Positions 1-9,921 of a stretch of 59,155 bases of DNA are shown piece by piece (the first letter of the stretch is position 1; the number at the start of each line of letters is the position of its first letter). The DNA comes from Bacteroidota bacterium (GTDB taxonomy: Bacteria; Bacteroidota; Bacteroidia; JABEUT01): contig JABDGY010000004.1 in assembly GCA_013285805.1 (NCBI GenBank), forward strand, positions 1-59,155. The letters run 5' to 3'. The notes beneath the pieces are model-generated. The model was not told the DNA's origin, did not search any database, and saw only the letters and a program-made list of their open reading frames with translations. The translations under genes and the position numbers were made by a program.

Positions 1-2
1 CG

Positions 3-3000
3 ACAGCCTATTCAGTAACCATTGCTAAGAACTTTACCAACAACGCCACTGCAACCTCTTTTGTACCTGAAACCGGTACTGTAATTATTGGTGGCGCGGC
101 CGCCGCTGTCATTAATGGTTCTGCAGCAATAGCTTTCTATAACCTAACTATTGCAGGTACTACTGCTGTAACCTGTACAACCAATTCCACTACTATAAGC
201 AATAATATGGTAGTGAACGCAGGGGCTATAGCCACCATTAATGGTGGTGGTAAAACAACTACAGTTAACGGAACACTGAATAATTCGGGCTCAGTAACGG
301 TTGGCGCAGCCACGCTTACTGTTTTGGGTAATGTTACCAATGCGGGAAGCGGGGTACTTTCTTTTACTACAGGCAATTTTAATATTGGCGGAAACTTTAG
401 TGATAACGGCATTTTTTCATCAAGTACAAGCACTACTACTTTTAAAGGAGCGGCTAACCAGGCTATTTCAGGCTCTACCGCTGAAACATTTTGTAATCTT
501 ATTATAGCCAATACCGGTGCTGCAGGTTCTAATGTGGTTTCTCCCGGAGGAACGCTAACGGTTACGAATACCCTTACGTTTACCTCAGGCGTTCTTGATG
601 TTACCGCTTCCAATTATGCACTTAACGTTACAAAAAGTATTACCAATAATGTGTCTTCGGCTGCTTTTGTACCTGAAAACGGCACGGTTACTATTGGCGG
701 GGCGGCAGCAGGAGTTATAAATGGCAGCGCAGCTTCCATGACTTTTTATAACCTTACTTTTGGCGGTTCAACTTCTACAACCGCCACTACGTATCCTATA
801 ACTGTTACCAGCAACCTGGTAGTTAATAGTGGTGTTACCATTACCATAACCGGGGGGCTTACAGAAACAGCCGCTATCCTGAATAATTCGGGAACTATTA
901 CAGCAAATGCGAGCACCTTGAATGTTACAGGAACTGCAACGAACAATGCCTCGGGTACAATTAATTTTACCTCCGGAACACTTAGTGTAACAGGCACAAC
1001 AAGCAATAGCGGTACCATTGCTTTCACTACGGGAATATATACGGCTACGGGTACACTAACAAACAATGGAACTATAAGTTTTACTACGGGTACACTTAAT
1101 ATAGGGAGCAGCTTTGTTAATAATTCAACATTTACACAGGGTACCGGTACTGTAGATTATGATGGAACAGCCAACCAATCTATATCCGGTTCAGCGGGAA
1201 CAACATTTTACAACCTGACTATAAACAACACAGGCGCTTCAGGCTCAAACATTGTATCATTGGGCCAGGCAATAACAGTAAGCAATGTGCTTACCCTTAC
1301 TGCAGGAATACTTGATGCATCGGCCTCAAATTACAGCATTACTGCAAATGGTATATGGACCAATAATAATTCTACTGCAGCCTTCAATGCTGAAAATGGT
1401 ACAGTTACTTTCGGAGCAGCAACTACTATCAGCGGAACATCGGGTACTACCTTTTATAATTTGAATATTGCAGGTGGTACAACTACGGCTTCAACTACTA
1501 CGGCCCCTGTTACAGTAAGCGGAACACTTACTATCGGGGCAGGTAATACACTTACTGTTAATGCTAATGCGGTTACCGCCGCCACTGTATCGAATAGCGG
1601 TACAATTACGTTTACCACCGGAATATTTAATGTAACGAACAGCTTTACCAATGCAGGTACAATTAATTTTTCTACAGGAACGTTTAATATGGGTAATAGT
1701 TTAATAGATAATGGAACCGTTGCATTTACAGGAGCAGGAACCTTTAATATTACCGGTAACCTGACAATAGGTGCCGCGGGTACCCTTACTATGGGCGCTG
1801 CCATGAATCTTTATTTAACCGGTAATTTTACCGACAATGGAACGCTTACGGCATTGGGCACTTTTATTTTTGATGGTTCAACAACTCAAACAATAGGTGG
1901 TACAGCTTCTCCTATAGCTTTCAATAAACTTACGCAGGACCAGGGCGCCCAAACCGATACAGTTACGCTTGCACAGCCCATTACCATCAATAGTAACTTT
2001 GCTATTACACAGGGTGTGTTTAACTGCGGTGCAAACCAGGTTACCGGAAGTGCGAACAGCATGACAATGTCAACGGGAGCTACCCTATTGCTTGGCTCAA
2101 CAAGCGTTGCAACAGCAGTTACCTTCCCTACCAATTACACAACCGCGGGCATTGTATTAAATTCAGGAAGCTATGTTATATACCAGGCCAATGCCAGCCA
2201 AACTATATCCGGTACGCCAACTTATGCTAATTTGACTGTTACGGGTGGAAGCGCTTCCACAACCAATACGTTGGCAGCCAATACCACGGTATCAGGTAAC
2301 ATACTTATACAAAACGGTACAGGCACCGTTACACTGGGCCTAAGTACTTTCACACTTTCAGTAGCCGGAAATTATACCGACAATGGTGCGTTGAGCGCCG
2401 GAACAGGCACGGTTAATTTTGATGGCACTGCTTTGCAAACGCTTACTTTCCCTTCAGGTGGCGAGAACTTTTATAATCTTACTTTCAATAATACTTCGGC
2501 CGCGAATCCTAATCTAACGGTATCAGCCAATATAAATGTATCGGGTAATAATACATTTACCAAAGGTTATCTCGACCTGCAAGGGCATAGCTATATAACA
2601 ACAGGCGCTCCAACAGCCACTACCGATACCTATAAAGCAGGTTCAATAACAACCAGCGTTGCGGGAGCAAACTTTACGGTTACCGACCCTTCCAGCACCA
2701 AAATATTCTACATGAAGGGTACAGCATTCGGTAATTCAACCAATGGAATTACTATTAGTGTACAATCGGGCCAGATACAAATAACAAATACAACAGAGTA
2801 CGGCGCTGCGAAATTCATGAAATCATTGAATGTTGATGACGTTTTCGGTGGAGGAAATTATTATCACGGCCCTGTAACATTCAGAGATAGCAGCACCGCA
2901 AGCCGCTGGAGGATGGGCGACAACAATGCTGTTGCAGATACTTTTGTTAACGCCAGTTTTTATGCCAATGCTACGGGAGGAAGCAATAATAACTTTATTA

Positions 3001-5264
3001 TTTGTGCCAACTCAACAGGTAATGCTTTTTATGGTACAACAATTGCCAACTCAACTACTGTAGGTGGTTTTTATATTGGCAGGCAGAATGGAAACGGTAA
3101 CTCATCTTTAACATTCTATGGTCCTGTGGTGGCTACAGTGAGCCTTACAGGTAATATGGCTTTTGCCGATGCAGCAGCAGGCAATTCAAGCACGGTAGTC
3201 TTTGACAGTACTATATCACTTAACTCCACGTCTACATCCACCGGCTTCTTCTATTTCGGAGATAGTAAATACAGTACTATTTTGTTAAATTCCGGGGGCC
3301 AGTTTCTAACGGGTTCAATAAGTGGTCAAACCAATACATATCTTGAAAATGTAACTCAAATTGGCCCTAAAACACAAACTATTAATACATCAGGAAGCAC
3401 AGGCTCACTTTATGTTGGCGGTACCACTACAGCGGCAAGTTCATTGCCTAATACTTTCAACGGCCCCGTTAACCTTGTTGCTGACACTGCGGGTTATATT
3501 ATCGACGCCACTTTCGATGGAGCTACAACCATTACAATTAACCATGCCAATGCAAACGGATACCTTATAAGTGATACTTGCTGGAGTACACTAACTGCAA
3601 CTGTCGGCAAATTGCTTTTTGAAAACAATGAATTTAACGGTGTTACCAGCCTTCAGCACACATCGGGAAACAGCAGTACCGTAAACGGGGGAAACACATT
3701 TAATGCTGCAGCAACTATAATCAATTCGGGAACAGCCAGCCTGTACACCGGTACAAGTGCAGGCGATAACTTTAATGCCAATGTTACTTTTACTGAAAGC
3801 GGAACAGGTGCGGGCAACCTGATTTACGTTGCCCGTACAAACACAAGTAATTTCACAGGAAATATAACTGTTAACGGAAGTAATACCAACCAGGTTACCT
3901 TTGGCAGCAATGCCGGTAATATGAATATTGACGGAAGCGGTACACAGGTATTTGCGACTTCGGGCTCAGCTGTGGCGCCTCTTATTGTAAACATGACCAT
4001 GAACCAGACGGCAGCCGGAACCAACATATTTCAGATTTCCAATTTCTCTCCGTCAGTTAGCGGTACCCTAACATTTAATACCGGTAACACGGGCCTTATT
4101 AATCTGAATAATAATACCCTTACTATTGGTACCAGCAATGCTGCAACGGGCGCTATAAGTTACCCCACCCCGACTACGTTAGCAGGCTGGGTATATGGAG
4201 GAACACTTGCCCGCTGGTACCCATCGGCCACAACAATTCCATTGCCTACCGCCGCGTCGGTTTCTACTATAGGTTTTTACCCGCTGGGTTCGGCTCCTGC
4301 ACAAAACGCTTTTGAGCCTTTCTGGATTGCAACCAATGGTGCGGGAAGTACAAAGGTGGGTAACACTATAAGTTTGTCGCAAGGCTCTACAGCGGCGGGA
4401 AATACCGTGCTGGCATCGCACTACCTTGATGCTAGCTGGGCTACAAATGTGTATGGTATTTCAGTGGCTAACTGGAAAGTAAACCCTAGCACACTCACCA
4501 TAAACGCAGGAACTACCATGCAGGTAATGTTTGGTGGAAATGGTTTTGAGACTTTCCTTACCTCCGATATAAATGCCTCATACGCTACCACAACTGCCGG
4601 CACCTATGTTATTCCTTCACAATTTTACGGCGCCACCGATTTTGAAGTGGAACGTACCGGCCTTACCATAGGACAGGCAACCGGTGTAACCTGGTATGTG
4701 GGTACGTCGAGCCCCGGTGCTTCACCTTTACCTATACAGCTTACTTCATTCACCGCCCAATGCAGCAATTATTATGCCAACCTTCAATGGACTACTGCCA
4801 GCGAAAGCGATAACGACTTCTTTACCATTGAAAAAACACAGGATGGCGTAAACTATGAAACTGTAAGTACCATAAAAGGCGCAGGAACAAGCAGTGAAAC
4901 GCACAATTACTCGCTGGTTGATTTCACACCGCTTACAGGTACCTCATACTACCGCTTGTCGCAAACCGATTTTGATGGTATAACAACCATAGTACAGACC
5001 GATGTTTATCAATCTTGTGAAGGCGACCAACTGATTAATGCCTTTAATGCTAATGGCATTATTAACGCACAAATAGAGTCGAACACTTCAGGCAACTACA
5101 CCTTTACATTAATTAATTCAATGGGGCAAACTGTAATGCAGGCTACAAAAAATGTTTCCCAGGGGCTTAATATTTACAAAATTCCTGCCAACTACACCCA
5201 GGGCGTATATATATTACGAATTACCAATGGTACTGTGGTATACACGAATAAAATGGTGCTATAA
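3..5264 (+). CDS. Giant repetitive secreted surface protein (Thr/Asn/Gly-rich, beta-helix/adhesin-like), 5'-truncated by the window edge, with a T9SS C-terminal sorting domain
   Basis: The frame of ORF 207..5264 stays open back to nt 3. The upstream codons continue the same long repeat (..SAAFVPE(T/N)GTV.IGGAA..FYNLT..), so the true start lies outside the window. The C-terminus has an Ig-like module (LQWTTASESDNDFFTIEKTQDG..YYRLSQTDFDG) followed by a type A T9SS CTD (..GVYILRITNGTVVYTNKMVL). Confidence 0.8.
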   Translation, partial: TAYSVTIAKNFTNNATATSFVPETGTVIIGGAAAAVINGSAAIAFYNLTIAGTTAVTCTTNSTTISNNMVVNAGAIATINGGGKTTTVNGTLNNSGSVTVGAATLTVLGNVTNAGSGVLSFTTGNFNIGGNFSDNGIFSSSTSTTTFKGAANQAISGSTAETFCNLIIANTGAAGSNVVSPGGTLTVTNTLTFTSGVLDVTASNYALNVTKSITNNVSSAAFVPENGTVTIGGAAAGVINGSAASMTFYNLTFGGSTSTTATTYPITVTSNLVVNSGVTITITGGLTETAAILNNSGTITANASTLNVTGTATNNASGTINFTSGTLSVTGTTSNSGTIAFTTGIYTATGTLTNNGTISFTTGTLNIGSSFVNNSTFTQGTGTVDYDGTANQSISGSAGTTFYNLTINNTGASGSNIVSLGQAITVSNVLTLTAGILDASASNYSITANGIWTNNNSTAAFNAENGTVTFGAATTISGTSGTTFYNLNIAGGTTTASTTTAPVTVSGTLTIGAGNTLTVNANAVTAATVSNSGTITFTTGIFNVTNSFTNAGTINFSTGTFNMGNSLIDNGTVAFTGAGTFNITGNLTIGAAGTLTMGAAMNLYLTGNFTDNGTLTALGTFIFDGSTTQTIGGTASPIAFNKLTQDQGAQTDTVTLAQPITINSNFAITQGVFNCGANQVTGSANSMTMSTGATLLLGSTSVATAVTFPTNYTTAGIVLNSGSYVIYQANASQTISGTPTYANLTVTGGSASTTNTLAANTTVSGNILIQNGTGTVTLGLSTFTLSVAGNYTDNGALSAGTGTVNFDGTALQTLTFPSGGENFYNLTFNNTSAANPNLTVSANINVSGNNTFTKGYLDLQGHSYITTGAPTATTDTYKAGSITTSVAGANFTVTDPSSTKIFYMKGTAFGNSTNGITISVQSGQIQITNTTEYGAAKFMKSLNVDDVFGGGNYYHGPVTFRDSSTASRWRMGDNNAVADTFVNASFYANATGGSNNNFIICANSTGNAFYGTTIANSTTVGGFYIGRQNGNGNSSLTFYGPVVATVSLTGNMAFADAAAGNSSTVVFDSTISLNSTSTSTGFFYFGDSKYSTILLNSGGQFLTGSISGQTNTYLENVTQIGPKTQTINTSGSTGSLYVGGTTTAASSLPNTFNGPVNLVADTAGYIIDATFDGATTITINHANANGYLISDTCWSTLTATVGKLLFENNEFNGVTSLQHTSGNSSTVNGGNTFNAAATIINSGTASLYTGTSAGDNFNANVTFTESGTGAGNLIYVARTNTSNFTGNITVNGSNTNQVTFGSNAGNMNIDGSGTQVFATSGSAVAPLIVNMTMNQTAAGTNIFQISNFSPSVSGTLTFNTGNTGLINLNNNTLTIGTSNAATGAISYPTPTTLAGWVYGGTLARWYPSATTIPLPTAASVSTIGFYPLGSAPAQNAFEPFWIATNGAGSTKVGNTISLSQGSTAAGNTVLASHYLDASWATNVYGISVANWKVNPSTLTINAGTTMQVMFGGNGFETFLTSDINASYATTTAGTYVIPSQFYGATDFEVERTGLTIGQATGVTWYVGTSSPGASPLPIQLTSFTAQCSNYYANLQWTTASESDNDFFTIEKTQDGVNYETVSTIKGAGTSSETHNYSLVDFTPLTGTSYYRLSQTDFDGITTIVQTDVYQSCEGDQLINAFNANGIINAQIESNTSGNYTFTLINSMGQTVMQATKNVSQGLNIYKIPANYTQGVYILRITNGTVVYTNKMVL

Positions 5265-5352
5265 CGCAAAAAAACAGGTGTAATTTATTTTGCTGTTCCA
5301 ATAAAAATTATTATATTTGTTATAGTAATTTGTACGCAGAATTTCTGGCAAA

Positions 5353-6057
5353 ATGATAACAAAGCACTCTATATCAGAAACAGAACCTAAAACGTTAAAC
5401 CGGAGAACTCTTCCGGCTTTGCCATTGCTTTTAACTGTTGCAGCAACCATGCTGGCCTTTGCAGCAACTGCAGGAAACGGTAAAAAAAGTATTGATACCA
5501 ATGCTAATGCCTCGCCTTCCGGTGGTTATCCGTTTATACAGTTTTCGGCAGAATGCAATAATTTTTCAGCTGACCTTCAATGGAGTACCATGAATGAAAA
5601 TAAATGCGACCACTTTACAGTTGAGAAAACAGGGGATGGCATTCATTTTGAAACCATAGGGGTAATTAAAGGCGCAGGTACTACGGGCGATCAGCACGAC
5701 TATAAGCTTACCGACTATACACCCTATATTGGATTTTCATTTTACAGGCTTTCAGAAACAGATAATGATGGTAAAACGATCATTTTGCAGAATGAAGTGT
5801 ATGAACCTTGCCTGGCTAACGAGTTTGCAAGCGCATTTACCGCTAACGGCGATATAAACGCCCAAATTCAATCATATACAGCCGATACCTATACCATTAC
5901 CCTTATTAATACTGTGGGCCAAACGGTAATGAAACTGACTAAAAATGTTTCAGAGGGGCTTAATATTTATAAAATTCCTGCTAAGTACCCCGCCGGTGTT
6001 TATGTACTGTGCATTACCAACGGCACAAAAGCCTACACTAATAAGGTGGTGCTGTAA
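5353..6057 (+). CDS. Small secreted protein: a stand-alone copy of the C-terminal Ig-like + T9SS CTD module of the upstream giant protein
   Basis: It has its own hydrophobic N-terminus (LPALPLLLTVAATMLAFAATAG). The next ~170 aa are colinear with the last ~170 aa of ORF 3..5264 (LQWSTMNENKCDHFTVEKTGDG..FYRLSETDNDG..GVYVLCITNGTKAYTNKVVL). Confidence 0.75.
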   Translation: MITKHSISETEPKTLNRRTLPALPLLLTVAATMLAFAATAGNGKKSIDTNANASPSGGYPFIQFSAECNNFSADLQWSTMNENKCDHFTVEKTGDGIHFETIGVIKGAGTTGDQHDYKLTDYTPYIGFSFYRLSETDNDGKTIILQNEVYEPCLANEFASAFTANGDINAQIQSYTADTYTITLINTVGQTVMKLTKNVSEGLNIYKIPAKYPAGVYVLCITNGTKAYTNKVVL

Positions 6058-6072
6058 AAGGCAGCTGTTAAT

Positions 6073-7557
6073 CTACTCGATATACTTATAAATGGTTTGG
6101 CTGCTTTTGCCCGAGGGCGATATTTTAATTTCCTCTTCTAATAACCCATCCTGGCGATAGTAATAGAAATTCCTATCGTAGTAATCCCTCCCTGATTCAG
6201 TAGTTTCTTTAATTGTTACTCCATCCGGGTAATAGGTGTGTGTCAGAATTTTATCTGCATTGCCCGGACAAGAGCTGTATTCAACGCTGCTCAGAAGCCT
6301 TCCTTTTTCATTATAATCCCATACATTCTTTGAATGGCTGGCATATAAACCTCCCCCGGTTTCTTCTTGTTCAATGTGCTTTCCGTCGTCACTATACTTT
6401 GTTATAGTAATGTATATTGACCGCGATGAGTAGAGATAGCTTTTATCGGTAGTAAACTGGGAATCGCAAACCATTTTTCCGTTACTGAAGGTGTATTTAT
6501 GAATTACAATATTCGTATCTGCGCTCTCGCCTGAATGGCTATAGGTTATTCTTGATAATTCATTGTCATCCTTATCGTAAACAGCAACCGATGTTCTTTC
6601 ATTATTACAGGTAGAAGGTTGGCCCGAGCCAAAGATATCGGCAAACATCCGGTGTCTGTTCCATTCCCATTTATATATGCATTCTGTTTCTATGCGGCTG
6701 CTGTCGTTATTATACTTGTTTTCTATATGGTTTGTCAAGACACTGTTCTGGTAATGCTCCTGCAACAGTAATTTATTATTTCCAAATTTCTTTTTAATTA
6801 CAAACGTATCTGTTTTTGTAACTGTGCTGTCCAAAAGCGTATGGCCCGCTTCATCATAAACAAAATATTCCTTTTCAGTGGTGTCCTTAGTGACTATAAT
6901 ACTGTCCTCATAAAAATGGCCCGGGGTATTATGTGAACGCTGGACCTTGCTTTCTTTATTCTGAATATCTATTTTCTTTTCCAAGGTAAGTTTCCCTTTA
7001 TTAAACACATAAAAATGAATGGTTGTTTCTCCATAAGCTACACTCATTTCCCATAGTTTATTATTTGCACTATCATATTTATATTTGACCCAGGCGTAAC
7101 TACTACAAATGAGGGTGCAGTTTTCCCTTCTCCAAACACTGTCTTCAATTATATTGCCTTTATTATCGTAGGTACGGATAGAGTCAAGTTCTTTGTGCAA
7201 GTCGCCCGGGCCATAAACAGTGCCGTAACCTGTTTTTCTCACCCAGTTACCTTCAGCATTGTAAATGTAAATAGTGCTATCGGACAACCGGCCTTCGTCA
7301 TCAGTATTAACCTCCATAAGTTTTCTGCCTGAAGAATTAAATTTTAAAGTGGTTTTTAACCTCATTGTTTTGTCCTTCAATGTGCTGTCAGTTGATTCAT
7401 AGAAATAGGACACTACTGTTTTATACTTTATATTGTTATGCTTATTATCCTCGTAATAACGCACCCGCTCATCATTTATATGCATATGTGGTTGTCCTTT
7501 AAGATTAAGGCAACAACATAAACACACCACAAAGGCGCACAATTTTGTGCAATACAT
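6073..7557 (-). CDS. Secreted or lipoprotein-like protein with degenerate YD/MORN-like repeats
   Basis: The N-terminus is Cys-rich and hydrophobic. The body consists of ~20-aa Y-(D/N)-x-x-G repeats (YDNKGNIIEDSVW, YDEAGHTLLDSTV, YDKDDNELSRITY, YSDDGKHIEQEE, YNEKGRLLSSVEY, YYPDGVTIKETTE). The family call is by eye only. Confidence 0.55.
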   Translation of the reverse strand: MYCTKLCAFVVCLCCCLNLKGQPHMHINDERVRYYEDNKHNNIKYKTVVSYFYESTDSTLKDKTMRLKTTLKFNSSGRKLMEVNTDDEGRLSDSTIYIYNAEGNWVRKTGYGTVYGPGDLHKELDSIRTYDNKGNIIEDSVWRRENCTLICSSYAWVKYKYDSANNKLWEMSVAYGETTIHFYVFNKGKLTLEKKIDIQNKESKVQRSHNTPGHFYEDSIIVTKDTTEKEYFVYDEAGHTLLDSTVTKTDTFVIKKKFGNNKLLLQEHYQNSVLTNHIENKYNNDSSRIETECIYKWEWNRHRMFADIFGSGQPSTCNNERTSVAVYDKDDNELSRITYSHSGESADTNIVIHKYTFSNGKMVCDSQFTTDKSYLYSSRSIYITITKYSDDGKHIEQEETGGGLYASHSKNVWDYNEKGRLLSSVEYSSCPGNADKILTHTYYPDGVTIKETTESGRDYYDRNFYYYRQDGLLEEEIKISPSGKSSQTIYKYIE

Positions 7558-7622
7558 GAATTGAAAATATTTTAAGTGTACACCTATAAACGGGGAAATA
7601 GGGAACTTAGTATGAATAACCT

Positions 7623-7655
7623 AAAAACAAAAAGGCCGCCATTTGGCAGCCTTTT
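7623..7655 (-). terminator. Rho-independent terminator downstream of the 7677..8978 gene
   Basis: The minus-strand reading aaaaggctgccaaatggcggcctttttgttttt gives a GC stem (aaaggc/gccttt plus inner GCC/GGC) followed by a T-run, about 20 nt after the stop codon. Confidence 0.6.
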
Positions 7656-7676
7656 ACAGTTACTGATTTTTAATTT

Positions 7677-8978
7677 TTAATCTTTAATTATTTTCCCGGT
7701 GCTAAGCAGGCTACCATCTGCATTAAGCATACGGTAAATATATATACCACTAGCCTGGGCTGTAATATCAATGTTGGTGCGCAGTGTTGAGAAGGAGTTT
7801 ACATATACCTCTTCGCCAAGCACGTTGTACACTTCAATTTTTACATTGTGATTTTCGGTGCTTTGCTCAATGGTAAACAATCCATTTGATGGGTTAGGGT
7901 AGATGCTAATGCCATTGGCATTGCTTATTGACGCAATACCGGTAGGTGCAGTATATTCTGCAACATTGTTGGCTGAAGTACCGCCAATAGTGCTGAACAT
8001 TTCACCGCCTACATAAAGGTTACCGTTAAATACAATGGTTGAATTTATTTCACTGTACATTGGCGTAGTACCTAATGATGACCATGCGGCGCCGTTCCAG
8101 AACATTACGCTGTCGAAATAACCGCCGGCTACAATTCCGCCGTTATAGGCACACATGGCATATACGGTACTGCTGGTGCCTTTGGCTCCCACCGAATCCC
8201 ATGCCGAACCGTTCCACACAGCAATATTATTGGTGAAGATATGCGGGCCATATTTAGGGCCAACCGAAGCTGAATCGAATTCACCGCCTATATATAGGTT
8301 TGAACCCTGAGTAGCTAAAGCAAAAACGCCCCCACTACCTTTAATACCATGGCTTAACGGGGTCCATTTGGTGCCGTTATAAAGGCCTATTCCGTAAAGG
8401 GTATCGCCTGCCGAACTATAATTCATATAACCGCCAACAGCCAGTTGTCCGTTATAAACAGTCATAGCCTTGGGCCATGAATCTACTTCCACTGCAATTG
8501 AATCCCAAGTTGTTCCGTTGTATGTAATAATGTGCCCGCATTTTTTTCTCGAAGAAGCAGGGCCAATGCTATCCATCCAACCGCCGGCGTATAGCATGTG
8601 GTTATACCAGCAAAGGGCATAACAAGGGTCGTTAATTATGGCCAGTTGCTTTGATGTGGAGCCTATAAGCTGGTAAATACCGTTATCGGTAGCCACGTAA
8701 AGCACTGAATCGAAAGTGGCAAAAGCGTTTACCCCTTGCGTAATACCCGAAACAAGGCCGCTTGAATAGCTGCCGCCATTCCATACGGCTAAGTCAGAAT
8801 AAGGAGAAAAGAAGCCTCCGCCTATATATATATTACCGTTAAACACAGTCATTGCGTATACGCTTCCGCTGGTAATACCGCCACCCATAGCGGTCCATTG
8901 TGCTTTTGTATTAACTGAGAATAATAAAGCCCCGGCACACAGTAAAGTAGCCAGTGATTTAAAGTAATTTGTTTTCAT
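7677..8978 (-). CDS. Secreted beta-propeller (Kelch-like) protein with a T9SS type A CTD
   Basis: It has a signal peptide (ATLLCAGALLFSVNTKAQ). Blades recur with the pattern ..Y.GG.F....G......A.WNG..W (IAVWNGSAWDSVG, LAVWNGGSY, LYNGTKWTPL). The C-terminal CTD reads ISIYPNPSNGLFTIE..VYNVLGEEV..ASGIYIYRM. It is a paralogue of 13298..14569. Confidence 0.8.
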   Translation of the reverse strand: MKTNYFKSLATLLCAGALLFSVNTKAQWTAMGGGITSGSVYAMTVFNGNIYIGGGFFSPYSDLAVWNGGSYSSGLVSGITQGVNAFATFDSVLYVATDNGIYQLIGSTSKQLAIINDPCYALCWYNHMLYAGGWMDSIGPASSRKKCGHIITYNGTTWDSIAVEVDSWPKAMTVYNGQLAVGGYMNYSSAGDTLYGIGLYNGTKWTPLSHGIKGSGGVFALATQGSNLYIGGEFDSASVGPKYGPHIFTNNIAVWNGSAWDSVGAKGTSSTVYAMCAYNGGIVAGGYFDSVMFWNGAAWSSLGTTPMYSEINSTIVFNGNLYVGGEMFSTIGGTSANNVAEYTAPTGIASISNANGISIYPNPSNGLFTIEQSTENHNVKIEVYNVLGEEVYVNSFSTLRTNIDITAQASGIYIYRMLNADGSLLSTGKIIKD

Positions 8979-9070
8979 TTATTGCTTGGTTATTGTTTTT
9001 AGATGCGCAAATGTAGGCATTCCGCACCCCTTGCCTTTTTCAAAATCTCGTAATTATCCCTTTTCTGAAA

Positions 9071-9169
9071 AAGGAGTAGGTAGTATTAAGTATTATGTAT
9101 TAAGATAAAGTTGAGATTCAGCTATAGTAAAAGCGCTTACCCCATTAATTCTTATTTTACTTACTCCTT
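9071..9169. repeat. Word-hairpin element (AGTATTAAG word family)
   Basis: The left arm is aaggagtaggtagtattaagtattatgtattaagat. The right arm cttattttacttactcctt is an imperfect reverse complement of the start of the left arm. Intergenic. Confidence 0.5.
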
Positions 9170-9181
9170 ACAACTATGTAA

Positions 9182-9883
9182 TTAATTCATTCCCAAATCG
9201 TCGAGTACTTTGGGTGGTACTTTGCCGCCATGTTGCTGGGCTTCCTTAAGGTATTTCTTGGCTTTGCTTTTATCGCCCTTCTGGTAATATGAAAGGCCAA
9301 CGTATACTTCGGCGTCGCCAACCAGGTCGGGGTTTTGTTTCTGGTAAAGCTTCATGGCTTTTTCCGCTTCGGGCAGGGCCTTATCGGGCTGATTCTTAAT
9401 CAGGTATATGCGTGCTTCGCCATAATGCCCTTCAGGGTCTTCAGGGTCAAGGTCTACATATTTGGCATATTCATCAAATGCTTCATCATATTTTTCTATC
9501 ATGCTGTAAACTACAGCCAGGTTCATGTGGGCAAGTTTACCGGTAGGCATAGTGCGGATAGATGCTTTGTAGCATAACATGGCTGAGTCTAAAATACCTA
9601 GCTGGCGGTAGCATACGCCGCAGTTATCAAGTGCATCTACATACGTAGAGTCGAGGTGAATGGCCTTGCGGTAATAGCTTACAGCTTTGCGCAGGTCGCC
9701 TTTTTCCGAGGCGCGGTAACCCAGTTCGTAATCCTTACGGGCATCGTCGTTAATTGACGATTTATACAGGCCCACCGGGGCCAGTTCTTTTACTCCTCCT
9801 GCTTTGGTGGTGTCTTTTTTCTGGGCAAACAGTATTCCGTTGCACAAAATAAGGCCTGAAATTAAAGCTGCTTTTGTTTTCAT
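9182..9883 (-). CDS. Secreted TPR-repeat protein
   Basis: It has a signal peptide (LILCNGILFAQ) and consecutive 34-aa TPR-like units (AVSYYRKAIHLDSTYVDALDNCGVCY.., AFDEYAKYVDLDPEDPEGHY..). Confidence 0.8.
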   Translation of the reverse strand: MKTKAALISGLILCNGILFAQKKDTTKAGGVKELAPVGLYKSSINDDARKDYELGYRASEKGDLRKAVSYYRKAIHLDSTYVDALDNCGVCYRQLGILDSAMLCYKASIRTMPTGKLAHMNLAVVYSMIEKYDEAFDEYAKYVDLDPEDPEGHYGEARIYLIKNQPDKALPEAEKAMKLYQKQNPDLVGDAEVYVGLSYYQKGDKSKAKKYLKEAQQHGGKVPPKVLDDLGMN

Positions 9884-9921
9884 GGTTGGTGTGGTTTACG
9901 GTTTATATTATTTGTGGAAAA

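Noticed and set aside
137-4603. Numerous 60-160-aa ORFs on the minus strand and in alternative plus frames inside the giant adhesin gene (for example 137..613, 746..1066, 1454..1804, 3824..4027).
   Set aside because: All lie within the long open frame 3..5264. Their products are V/P/A/L-rich low-complexity strings of the kind expected from reading ACN/AAY/GGN-rich repeats in the wrong frame. None has a start context or motif of its own.
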